Positions 8,471 through 18,838 of a stretch of DNA of 64,000 nucleotides are shown one piece after another. The DNA is taken from assembly GCA_965204535.1 (NCBI GenBank), contig CBDBEV010000001.1, forward strand, positions 2,854,777-2,918,776, read 5' to 3'. A program made the translations under genes and the position numbers. Each line of letters begins with the position of its first letter. Positions within the stretch are counted from its first letter, which is position 1. Origin of the DNA: a bacterium (GTDB taxonomy: Bacteria > UBA8248). A model generated the notes under the pieces. That model was not told the origin of the DNA and did not search any database. It saw nothing but the letters and a program-made list of their open reading frames with translations.

Positions 8471-9244
8471 ATGAGCACGTACGAGATTGGGGGCAGGACG
8501 TTCACTTCCCGCCTTTTGGTGGGTTCCGGCAAATATCCGAGTTTCGCCGTGATGCGCGATTCGCTCGAAGCGAGCGGGACGGAAATCGTCACCGTCGCGG
8601 TGCGCCGCGTGGACCTGGAAGACGATTCGTCCGAGGGCTTCTGGGCGCATTTCGATAAGGACAGGTATACGATGCTGCCCAACACGGCGGGCTGTTACGA
8701 CGTGAAGAGCGCGGTGACGACGGCGCGGCTCGCGCGCGAGGCCACGGGCTCGGACTTCGTGAAGGTCGAGGTCATCGGCGATGAGGACACGCTCTTCCCG
8801 GACAACGAGGGCCTGCTGGAGGCGTGCCGGATCCTGCTGGATGACGGCTTCATCGTGCTGCCCTACTGCATCGACGATCCCGTCATCTGCAAGAAGCTGG
8901 AGCAACTGGGTTGCCACGCCGTCATGCCGCTGGCAGCACCCATCGGCTCGGGCCTGGGGATACGGAATCCCTATAACCTCAGGATCATCCTGGAGCAGGT
9001 GTCGGTTCCCGTCATCGTGGACGCGGGCGTGGGCACGGCTTCTGACGCCGCGGTGGCGATGGAGCTCGGCGCCGCCGCCGTCCTGATGCAGACGGCCATC
9101 GCGGGGGCCGACGATCCGGTGAAGATGGCGCGCGCCATGAACCTCGCCGTCGAGGCGGGCAGGCTCGCGCACGAGGCCGGGCGCATCCCCATGAAGCTCT
9201 ACGCCACAGCGTCGAGTCCGCTGGCCGGCGTCATCGGCTCTTAG
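8471..9244 (+). CDS. thiG: Thiazole synthase ThiG
   Basis: '[17 protein letters not shown]', 'VKVEVIGD', 'LPY' and '[14 protein letters not shown]' are typical ThiG. ATG 8471 was chosen; the ORF is open back to 8426. Confidence 0.9.
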   Translation: MSTYEIGGRTFTSRLLVGSGKYPSFAVMRDSLEASGTEIVTVAVRRVDLEDDSSEGFWAHFDKDRYTMLPNTAGCYDVKSAVTTARLAREATGSDFVKVEVIGDEDTLFPDNEGLLEACRILLDDGFIVLPYCIDDPVICKKLEQLGCHAVMPLAAPIGSGLGIRNPYNLRIILEQVSVPVIVDAGVGTASDAAVAMELGAAAVLMQTAIAGADDPVKMARAMNLAVEAGRLAHEAGRIPMKLYATASSPLAGVIGS

Positions 9245-9263
9245 GGCTGATACCGGCGAGATT

Positions 9264-9890
9264 TTGGAATCATCATCGCTCGACCCGCTCTACCTCATCA
9301 CGGACAGGAACGCTCCCCCATCGGGCGATCTCCCGGGCGCGCTGGAGGCGGCCCTAAGAGGCGGGGTGCGCTTCGTCCAATACCGGGAAAAGGATCTGCC
9401 CTATACGGAAAGGTTTAGCCTGGGGCGGGAGGTCGCCGCCCTCACGAATGAACACGGCACGCGCCTGATCGTGAACGGCGACCCGGAACTCGCAGCCGCC
9501 CTGGGCGCGGACGGCGTACACCTCGGTAAGGGCACGTTAAGCGTTTCGGCGGTGCGCGCGGGCGGGTATCGAGGCCTGATCGGCTATTCCGCCCATTCAG
9601 GAGAAGAAGCGGCGGGCGCGTTCGCCGAGGGCGCGGATTTCGCCACGCTCAGCCCCGTATTCCCCACCAACAGCAAATTCTCATCCGGCCCCCTCATGGG
9701 GATTGATAAATTTGAGCGTGAAGTTACTCTCGCGGGCGGCCCCGTCTACGCCCTGGGCGGCGTGGGGGCGGAGAACGCGGCAACGTGTCTCGCAAGAGGC
9801 GCGCGCGGCGTCGCCCTCATCGGCGCGATTCTTGCGGCGGACGACCCCGCCAGTGCGGCGCGGGAGGTGCGCGCGGCGCTTGCGAATTGA
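9264..9890 (+). CDS. thiE: Thiamine-phosphate synthase ThiE
   Basis: 'LYLITD', 'VQYREKD', 'GADGVHLG' and 'YALGGV' motifs. The TTG start is inferred. Confidence 0.85.
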   Translation: MESSSLDPLYLITDRNAPPSGDLPGALEAALRGGVRFVQYREKDLPYTERFSLGREVAALTNEHGTRLIVNGDPELAAALGADGVHLGKGTLSVSAVRAGGYRGLIGYSAHSGEEAAGAFAEGADFATLSPVFPTNSKFSSGPLMGIDKFEREVTLAGGPVYALGGVGAENAATCLARGARGVALIGAILAADDPASAAREVRAALAN

Positions 9891-10066
9891 TTCGTCCTGC
9901 CCGTATCCGCGCACACCTACTTGAGAAATCCGCGCGAATATCCAACAATAGCGGAAAATCGCCAAGGATATAAAATTTCTTGGTTGTTGTTTTTGGACTA
10001 TTTATTCTTGTCCTCTATTTTTAGGGGTAGACCCGGAAATAGTGCTTGGAAAGAAATGAAAATGCA

Positions 10067-10870
10067 ATGATTTTGTATGAACAGATCGAATTGCTACGCA
10101 TCCATATTTCCGAACTGGAACAAGTTGAATATATCGGCACCCCTTTATTGGGCGGTGGGACAATGGACGCTTACACATTCAAGAAATATGTTTTGGTAGC
10201 AAGAGACATTCTGGCTTTCCTGAGTTTTGCGGATCCAGATGGGTCTATATTTCCGGAAATCAAGAGAGAAATTCGCTCCATTGAAGAAGATAAAGATATT
10301 TCATTGAAGCGCCTCCTAGGGATGATTGTTCACTTGAGCTACCTAGACCTCAATAATGACACTCCCCCAGAAACTTGCATCCTAGACGTAATAAACGACA
10401 GGGGGGAAAGGCATCGTGTTAAGTTGGGTGATTTTACATCAGCCTTAAATACACTTCTCTTGAAACCTCATCAGGTAGGTATTGCAGTGTGTTGCTTTAC
10501 AGATAGGCACATCAAAAAAATGGAGTCGTGCGGGAAGGATAAAATCCCAGAGATGTTCTTGAAACATTGGAATACGGCTACCTCCTGCAATTTCGATTGG
10601 TTACTCGCCAAATTTTGCAAAGATTTTTCATTGGAACAAGCAATCTTGAAGGAAATTTTTCAGTTTTCCATGATTGCAGAAACCCCGGATTGCGTTGATC
10701 CCAGAAGCTACATTTTTCATATGAATCCTACGAGATTAGACCTAGGGAAAATGAGCACCTCGCTTACTTGGAGCGACAGAAAAGAGAGAAAGATAAAAAT
10801 AGAGTCGGTTGGTGTTCGAAAGTTGATTTCTGTTATTCGAGGACACTTGGAATTGTATAATGTGGCTTAA
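10067..10870 (+). CDS. Hypothetical protein (AT-rich orphan gene; no recognisable domain)
   Basis: A long ORF in a clearly AT-richer stretch, with Lys/Ile/Asn/Phe-rich composition unlike its neighbours. It ends 30 bp before acs. ATG 10067 was chosen; the ORF is open back to TTG 10046. Confidence 0.6.
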   Translation: MILYEQIELLRIHISELEQVEYIGTPLLGGGTMDAYTFKKYVLVARDILAFLSFADPDGSIFPEIKREIRSIEEDKDISLKRLLGMIVHLSYLDLNNDTPPETCILDVINDRGERHRVKLGDFTSALNTLLLKPHQVGIAVCCFTDRHIKKMESCGKDKIPEMFLKHWNTATSCNFDWLLAKFCKDFSLEQAILKEIFQFSMIAETPDCVDPRSYIFHMNPTRLDLGKMSTSLTWSDRKERKIKIESVGVRKLISVIRGHLELYNVA

Positions 10871-10900
10871 ATTCAAACTGAGCCACTACCAAATTTTCAC

Positions 10901-12880
<1,980 letters not shown>

Positions 12881-12914
12881 GGGACGTCGGGCAAATAGGT
12901 CGGAAGTTTTATTG

Positions 12915-12943
12915 GTAGGGGACGCATATTATGCGTCCCTTAC
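12915..12943. repeat. Single REP-like palindrome
   Basis: GTAGGGGACGCATATTATGCGTCCCTTAC. A half-copy, GTAGGGGACG, overlaps the acs stop codon at 12877-12886. Confidence 0.7.
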
Positions 12944-12992
12944 TTGTATTGAGGTAGACACGATTACATTTTTTGAGGAGGTATCTTGAAGA

Positions 12993-14153
12993 ATGAGCTT
13001 AGAAGAAGTCTTGAAAAAGGCGGTCGAGCGCGTCCACGGAAGTGATTTGAAAGACGAAGAGGACAGCAAGCAGATTATAGAATCGATTTTGAGCAAATTA
13101 GGTTGGGATATTCATCATAAGAATGATGTGGAGAAGGAGTACGTCACGAAACGCAATACAGAAAAGAGGGGTAAGGATTCCAGCGTAGATTACGCGCTAA
13201 AAAGTAGTTACCAAGCCCCGGAAGTTTTTATCGAAGCCAAAAAAATTGGCAAAGCCGATGACAAGGCAGAGGAACAATTATTTGAATATGCCGCGAATGA
13301 AAAAGTTCTGTTCCTCGTTTTGACAGATGGACAGACTTGGACATTTTACGCAGGCGACAAAATAGGCAGGCGAGATGATAAGCCTGTTGATAGGCTGATC
13401 TGTCGAGTGAAATTGGACAGCAATGAACAGGAGCAAATCAAGGAATATGCCTCTAGTCTAAGTGCATATTTACGCAAGGATCGTATCGTTACTAAAAAAA
13501 CTGCTGAAAATAAGGCAAAAAAGCAATACGACAATAACATGAATCTCAAAAGGGCATGTGAGGCTATTCCGGTCGCTTGGCAACAGCTTGCGGAAACTTC
13601 GAATACAACCCTTTGTAATTTGCTTGCTAAAGGAGTAAAGAACCAATGTGGAACCAAGCCGAAACTTGAGGATATAGAGGCGTTCTTGAAGGGCCTTCGT
13701 CCCGGTTCCGCACCAACGACCCCTCATCGTCGGGCGAGTCAGTCAGCTACTACCTTGCCATTCCAGTCGTCGAAATCAGCCTCCATCCCATCACAATCAG
13801 CGGTCGGCAAGAAATCCAAACTCGTTGGTTTTTCCCTTGACAAAGAATCTTTTAATACCAGTTCTGCGAAAGAAACGCTGGCTGAAATACTAAAAAAGTT
13901 GCAAGACCGTGATCCCGGCTTCATGGACCGCCTTGCGAAGGAAACAGTAGGAAGGAAACGGAGGTTAGTGGCGAGAGACCGCAATGACCTTTATGACGAC
14001 CCCAAGTTCGTAAAGCAATCATCACTGGATTTGCAGAATGGATGGTGGCTAGGGCACCATCTCAGCACAGCGCAAGTCCAACGATACATAAAAACCGCCT
14101 GCGAAGTCGCGGGCGTGAAATACGGAACCCAGTTGACTCTGATTGAGCGCTAA
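12993..14153 (+). CDS. Stand-alone PD-(D/E)xK nuclease-like protein: HsdR-N-type N-terminal domain, Ser/Thr/Pro linker, and an uncharacterised C-terminal domain
   Basis: 'ILSKLGW...VDYAL...VFIEAKKIG...QLFEYA...LVLTDGQTW' follows the D...E-x-K core pattern of the type I restriction R-subunit N-terminal domain. The codon usage is AT-rich. Confidence 0.7.
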   Translation: MSLEEVLKKAVERVHGSDLKDEEDSKQIIESILSKLGWDIHHKNDVEKEYVTKRNTEKRGKDSSVDYALKSSYQAPEVFIEAKKIGKADDKAEEQLFEYAANEKVLFLVLTDGQTWTFYAGDKIGRRDDKPVDRLICRVKLDSNEQEQIKEYASSLSAYLRKDRIVTKKTAENKAKKQYDNNMNLKRACEAIPVAWQQLAETSNTTLCNLLAKGVKNQCGTKPKLEDIEAFLKGLRPGSAPTTPHRRASQSATTLPFQSSKSASIPSQSAVGKKSKLVGFSLDKESFNTSSAKETLAEILKKLQDRDPGFMDRLAKETVGRKRRLVARDRNDLYDDPKFVKQSSLDLQNGWWLGHHLSTAQVQRYIKTACEVAGVKYGTQLTLIER

Positions 14154-14198
14154 CTCCCAAGTATCCTGAAAAGCATTGGAAACAATTAAGAATGTTTT

Positions 14199-14231
14199 AT
14201 ACGCGGCTTCGCCGCTACTCAGGGTGAGGCG
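14199..14231 (+). repeat. 33-bp dispersed repeat
   Basis: ATACGCGGCTTCGCCGCTACTCAGGGTGAGGCG. Near-identical copies lie at 41236-41268 (reverse orientation) and 41659-41691. Confidence 0.55.
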
Positions 14232-14402
14232 GAGTGCCGGGCCGCGTGGTTTTCGAGGGGAGACGCTCTCCCGTCCACCGGGAGAGGGTTCCTCCGGGAT
14301 TCCCGGCGATTTGGCGGCGCGCGCGGGGACATGGTATCGTGGCTGTGCGCGAGGACTTCAAAGACCCATCTGAATCTTCATTCTGAGAGATGGGGGCGAG
14401 AG

Positions 14403-14672
14403 ATGACGGATTACCAGTTCTACATGTTGTTGGCCACGGCCGCCGGTCCCTTGGTGGCGCTCGGCGTCGGCGGCGCGCAATGCCTGCTGATCTTCAGCGG
14501 ACTCCGGCAGATGCGGGCGGCCTCGCGCGCGCGGGAACAGCTGCACGCAGAAACCATGGCGGCCATGGAATCGCGGCACGAGGAAACCATGGCGGCTTTG
14601 GAGAAGCAGCATGCCGAAAACATGGCTGTGCTGAAAGAACTCATCCGCCGCACCGGAAACGGGGCCGAATGA
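14403..14672 (+). CDS. Small single-TM protein with a Met/Glu-rich repeat tail (paralogue 1)
   Basis: 89 aa: a hydrophobic N-terminal helix 'YMLLATAAGPLVALGVGGAQCLLIFSGL', then 'ETMAA'-type repeats, ending 'HAENMAVLKELIRRTGNG'. It is conserved in a tandem copy and in a third locus. Confidence 0.65.
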   Translation: MTDYQFYMLLATAAGPLVALGVGGAQCLLIFSGLRQMRAASRAREQLHAETMAAMESRHEETMAALEKQHAENMAVLKELIRRTGNGAE

Positions 14673-14744
14673 GCGTGGTTCATGGCGGGCCGCGAGGACT
14701 TCAAAGACCCATCTGATTCTTCATTCGGAGAGATGGGGCGAGAG

Positions 14745-15035
14745 ATGACGGATTACCAGTTCTACATGTTGCTGGCCACGGCCGCCGGTCCCGTCGTGGA
14801 ACTCGCCGTCGGCGGCGCGCAATGCCTGCTGATCTTCAGCGGACTCCGGCAGATGCGGGAGGACTCGCGCGAGTACGAGAAGTTACGCGAAGCGAGAATG
14901 GCGGGCATGGAATCACGGCGCGCCGAAACGATGGCGGCTCACGCGGAAACGATGGCGGCTATAGAAAGGCAACATGCCGAAAACATGGCTGCGCTGAAAG
15001 AACTCATCCGCCGCACCGGAAACGGGATCGAGTAA
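14745..15035 (+). CDS. Small single-TM protein with a Met/Glu-rich repeat tail (paralogue 2)
   Basis: 96 aa. The first 38 residues differ from paralogue 1 at only 3 positions. It has an extra 'ETMAA' repeat unit and the same 'HAENMAALKELIRRTGNG' end. Confidence 0.65.
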   Translation: MTDYQFYMLLATAAGPVVELAVGGAQCLLIFSGLRQMREDSREYEKLREARMAGMESRRAETMAAHAETMAAIERQHAENMAALKELIRRTGNGIE

Positions 15036-15085
15036 TCGATCCGCAAGGGGAAGTGATTTCGAAGCGTATTACCTCACACGTCTCC

Positions 15086-16801
15086 TCACCCCGCCTTGCC
15101 GAGCATCTCTCTCGCGTGCTCTCGGGCGGCGTCGGTGATTTCGAGGCCCGTTCCCATGCGGGCGATCTCCTCCACGCGCTCATCGTCATCCAGAACCTCT
15201 ACGCGCGTCTGCGTGCGCTCCCCGGCGACGTGTTTTTCCACCCGGAAATGGCGATCACCCAGGCTCGCGACCTGCGGCAGGTGGGTGACGACGAGCACCT
15301 GATGGCTCGCCGATACCCCTTTCAGTTTTCTGCCCACGACCTCGGCCACCGCCCCGCCGATCCCTGCATCCACCTCGTCGAAGATGAGGGTGGGGATCAA
15401 GTCGGCGCGCCTTAAGACGGATTCCAGGGCCAGCATCAGCCGCGATAGTTCACCGCCCGAGGCGACGCGGCTTAAAGAGCGCGGCGGCTCGCCGGGGTTG
15501 GGTGAGAAGTGAAACTGCGCGCGGTCGACGCCGTCGGCGCGAACGGCCACGGGGCGTCCTTCCACGTGGATGAAGCCCTCGGGGTCTTCCTGATGCGTGA
15601 TGAGCGTCTGGAATTTCGCGCCCGTGAGGCCCAGTTCACCCAACGCCTCTTCCATGCGGGCATCGAGGCTTTCTGCGGCGCCTGCTCTTTTCTCGGAAAG
15701 AGCGAGGGCGGCTTTTGCGAGTTCGGCCCTGATCGAGTCGCGCTCCTCCACGAGGCGCGCCTCGGTCCCCTCCTCATCCGAAATTGCGGCGAGGCTGCTC
15801 CGGCACTCCTCGAGATACGCGAGGCATTCCGCCTCGTCGCTCCCGTATTTCCTGATCATCTCTCTTATCAGCGCGCGTCTGGCTTCCAGGGCTTCGAGGC
15901 GTTCGGGGTCGTGCTCGATTCCATCTGTGTAATCGCGGAGCGAATCGGCAAGGTTCTCAAGCTGCGCTTGTGCGGATGCGGCTTCCTCCGCAAGGGAAGC
16001 CAGTGAATTATCGAGTTCACTCATGCCTTCGAGTTCGCGCAGGATTTCTCCCGTTTTTTCGACGACCGACCCTTCCGCCTCATGGAGCCGCTCATAAAGC
16101 GACGCCGCGCCTTCTATCAGGCGGCCCGCGTTCCTGAGCCTCGGCAGTTCGGTCTCAATCTCCGAGAGTTCACCTGCGCGCAGGGCTGCTTTTTCCAGTT
16201 CCTCCACCTGGAAGCGCAGGAGGTCCGCCCTCTGGGCGCGTTCGCGCACGCCTTCGCGGTGCGCGTTCAGTTTTTCCTCTGCAGTTTTCAGTTCGCGCAC
16301 CATCTCGCCCAGGGCGGCTCTTTCTCCGCTAGTGTCCGCAAAGTCGTCCAGCAGCCCCAGGTGGGATACGGGGCGCAGGAGGCTTTGGTGCGCGTGCTGG
16401 CCGTGGATGTTCACGAGGCGCTCGCCCACCCGGGAGAGCAGCGAGGCCGTGCCGAGGACACCGTTTAAGTAGATACGGCTTCTTCCCGCCTCCGCCACCC
16501 GGCGCCGCACGATGAGTTCACCGCCATCTTCCATTTCCACGCCCGCTTCTTCGAGCAGGGAGCGGGCCGAAATACCGCCTGCGGTATCGGGTATCTCGAA
16601 GAGCGATTCGACGACGGCCTCTTTTGCGCCCCCCCGAACGAGGTCGCCCCCTGCGCGGGCGCCCAGGGTGAGGTTCAGGGCGTCGAAGATGATGGATTTC
16701 CCGGCGCCCGTCTCGCCCGTCAGGACGTTCAGGCCAGAGCCGAAGGCGATTTCCAGGTCGTCGATGATGGCGAAATTCGTGATCTTGAGGAGGCGGAGCA
16801 T
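15086..16801 (-). CDS. recN: DNA repair protein RecN
   Basis: 'MLRLLKITNFAIIDDLEIAF...LTGETGAGKSII' Walker A, a long coiled-coil middle and a C-terminal 'SGGELSRLMLAL...LIFDEVDAGIGG'. The start is set at ATG 16801. Confidence 0.9.
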   Translation of the reverse strand: MLRLLKITNFAIIDDLEIAFGSGLNVLTGETGAGKSIIFDALNLTLGARAGGDLVRGGAKEAVVESLFEIPDTAGGISARSLLEEAGVEMEDGGELIVRRRVAEAGRSRIYLNGVLGTASLLSRVGERLVNIHGQHAHQSLLRPVSHLGLLDDFADTSGERAALGEMVRELKTAEEKLNAHREGVRERAQRADLLRFQVEELEKAALRAGELSEIETELPRLRNAGRLIEGAASLYERLHEAEGSVVEKTGEILRELEGMSELDNSLASLAEEAASAQAQLENLADSLRDYTDGIEHDPERLEALEARRALIREMIRKYGSDEAECLAYLEECRSSLAAISDEEGTEARLVEERDSIRAELAKAALALSEKRAGAAESLDARMEEALGELGLTGAKFQTLITHQEDPEGFIHVEGRPVAVRADGVDRAQFHFSPNPGEPPRSLSRVASGGELSRLMLALESVLRRADLIPTLIFDEVDAGIGGAVAEVVGRKLKGVSASHQVLVVTHLPQVASLGDRHFRVEKHVAGERTQTRVEVLDDDERVEEIARMGTGLEITDAAREHAREMLGKAG

Positions 16802-16806
16802 GGGAG

Positions 16807-17712
16807 TTACATCTTCCGCCCGCCGCGCGGGTGGGTCTCCCACAAGAGCTTTTCTCTCAAGGTCTGAAAAAAATCCGCACCCCTGGGCCGGATGATCCGC
16901 ACGGGGGTGCGGCTTTTCCGGATTTTCACCGAATCGCCCGCTTCGAGTTCGCAACCCGGGAAGCCGTCGAGCGTGAGGAGAACCTCTCGTCCTTCCGCTT
17001 CGGTATCCGGGAAGATCGTGATTTCAAGCTCCGTCTCGGCGGGAACGACGATGGGCCGGTTGCTGAGCGTGTGCGGGCATATCGGGTTGATGAGCATCAC
17101 GTTCAGATCGGGCAGCACGAGCGGCCCGCCCGCGGAGAGGGAGTAGGCCGTGGAGCCCGTGGGTGTGGCGACGATGAGGCCGTCCGCGCGGAAATAGCCC
17201 AGATGCCTGCCTTCCATCTGAACCTCGTATTCGACCATGCGCGCCAGAGGCCCGGTGGTGAGCACGATATCGTTCAGCGTATCGGACAGCGCAGGCGCCG
17301 CGCCCCCGTTGATTTGAACCTCCGCGCCGAGGCGCATGCGCGATTCGATGGAAAATTCTTTTTTTATCAGTATCCGCTCGAGCGCCGGGTAGAGTTCGGC
17401 CTGGGGGATGTCCGCCAGAAAGCCCAGGTGCCCGGTGTTGATGCCCAAAAGGAGCGGGGATTCCGCCCCGATGTTGTGCGCGGTGCGCAGCATGGAGCCG
17501 TCGCCGCCGAAGACGATGACCAGGTCGGCGCGCTTGACGACCTCCTCGCGCGCGGCGCCCGTTTCCTCTCCCGCCATCCGGGCCGTGTCCAGATCGAGAT
17601 GGACCTCGAAGCCTCTCTCCTTCAGCCAGGCGGTAAGGCCGGTGAAATCGAGCGGGCTTTTTTGCGCCTCCGCCCATGCGGTCAGTGCGATGCGCTCAAT
17701 GTTCGTCGCCAC
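16807..17712 (-). CDS. nadK: NAD+ kinase
   Basis: 'DLVIVFGGDGSMLR', 'GINTGHLGFL' and 'ATPTGSTAYSLSAGGP' motifs. The conserved nadK-recN pairing is present. The GTG 17712 start is inferred; the ORF is open to 17793. Confidence 0.85.
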   Translation of the reverse strand: MATNIERIALTAWAEAQKSPLDFTGLTAWLKERGFEVHLDLDTARMAGEETGAAREEVVKRADLVIVFGGDGSMLRTAHNIGAESPLLLGINTGHLGFLADIPQAELYPALERILIKKEFSIESRMRLGAEVQINGGAAPALSDTLNDIVLTTGPLARMVEYEVQMEGRHLGYFRADGLIVATPTGSTAYSLSAGGPLVLPDLNVMLINPICPHTLSNRPIVVPAETELEITIFPDTEAEGREVLLTLDGFPGCELEAGDSVKIRKSRTPVRIIRPRGADFFQTLREKLLWETHPRGGRKM

Positions 17713-17851
17713 GTGATGAATCTCCCGAATCAGCCTCGGTGGCAAGGTATCCCAGGGTCTGCGCCCCGGCAACCGCATGCCGAAAACGAGCACGGCGGAA
17801 CTAATACCCTTAGTCTAACTATTTATATGATGAATCTTCGTTGGACAATGA

Positions 17852-18721
17852 TTAGTTTCGCGGTGCTATATGCTTGGGCGGCGTTTTGCCGTTTATCCAG
17901 TCGACGATAGCGGCCACGGTTTCACGTTCCACCCCAAAGAAGCCATGCTGACTTCTGGCTTGGCACGGTCGGCTTTTGGGTTCACGTCCTCCGCTCACTG
18001 TAACAAAATGCTTGCGCGGATTGTCGGGCAGTTCATAGAAAATTCCTTGAGCGGCGTCGTCGTAAGACGTTGCTCGGCATCCATCGTCGATGTGATGAAC
18101 AACCAGCGTCGGTCGTTTGATCCGGCTTGCATCATGGACGACTTCGTTCATGCTCGCAGTCAATATATAGCCTTTGACGTTTGGATGCTCCATGACGGTT
18201 GCTAGGTATCCTACGGAAAGCGTGCCCCTGCTGGTTCCTGCCAGATAGACGCCGCACGACTTTTCCTTTTTCGTGAGAAAATCCACTGCCGCGCGTATAT
18301 CCTCGTGATGTTCTTTCGAAGTACGGTAGGAATCGCTCAACATTTTCTTGTCCGATGGAAAGTCAAGCAGAACGGTAATGAGCCCCTCTCTGGCGAAAAG
18401 CGGCGAACTTCTGATGAGAAAGTTTCCTCCCAGCCTCAAGCGCCCGCCCTTACGTTTCGTAATCCGCGCCGTTTTTCCGCCGATGAACAACATCACCGCC
18501 AAACATCCCGTCTTTTCTCTTTTGGCAACCAGAAACCTTTGCTTGACTCCCGGGCGAGTGGGTATCTTGATGGCTTCCCACAGCAGCGTAGCGTCGGGGT
18601 CCCTGAAATCGGCATGGGGAATGACGTGTAGGTACTTACGCTCAATCATGTCCGCATGTCCGAATGGAACACCAAAAAAGATGAACAGAAATACCGCCGT
18701 AATAATTCGTTTGAAGTGCAT
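17852..18721 (-). CDS. Secreted alpha/beta-hydrolase (dienelactone-hydrolase-like)
   Basis: Signal-peptide-like 'MHFKRIITAVFLFIFFGVPFGHA', a 'GTSRG' nucleophile elbow, and later Asp ('HHIDDG') and His ('SQHGFF'). The gene is AT-richer than its neighbours. Confidence 0.75.
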   Translation of the reverse strand: MHFKRIITAVFLFIFFGVPFGHADMIERKYLHVIPHADFRDPDATLLWEAIKIPTRPGVKQRFLVAKREKTGCLAVMLFIGGKTARITKRKGGRLRLGGNFLIRSSPLFAREGLITVLLDFPSDKKMLSDSYRTSKEHHEDIRAAVDFLTKKEKSCGVYLAGTSRGTLSVGYLATVMEHPNVKGYILTASMNEVVHDASRIKRPTLVVHHIDDGCRATSYDDAAQGIFYELPDNPRKHFVTVSGGREPKSRPCQARSQHGFFGVERETVAAIVDWINGKTPPKHIAPRN

Positions 18722-18838
18722 TTCAGACCTTTCTCTGTTTCGATGTTTTGTCAAATGTTATCTACCTGGGGAAGCGGAAATATGCGTGATTATATATTTC
18801 CCAGAAGCCATTGCTTGATACAAACACATCCCCGCCGT

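Larger units (their letters stand above)
14348..15035 (+). repeat. Tandem direct duplication (about 344-bp period) that includes the 5' leader and the coding sequence of a small membrane protein
   Basis: GCGAGGACTTCAAAGACCCATCTGA...GAGAGATGACGGATTACCAG begins at both 14348 and 14692. Confidence 0.8.

Noticed and set aside
14348-15035. Possible CRISPR array or other non-coding tandem repeat.
   Set aside because: There are only two units, each about 344 bp long. Each carries a Shine-Dalgarno, an ATG and a conserved ORF. There is no short repeat/spacer periodicity, and no cas genes occur anywhere in the window.
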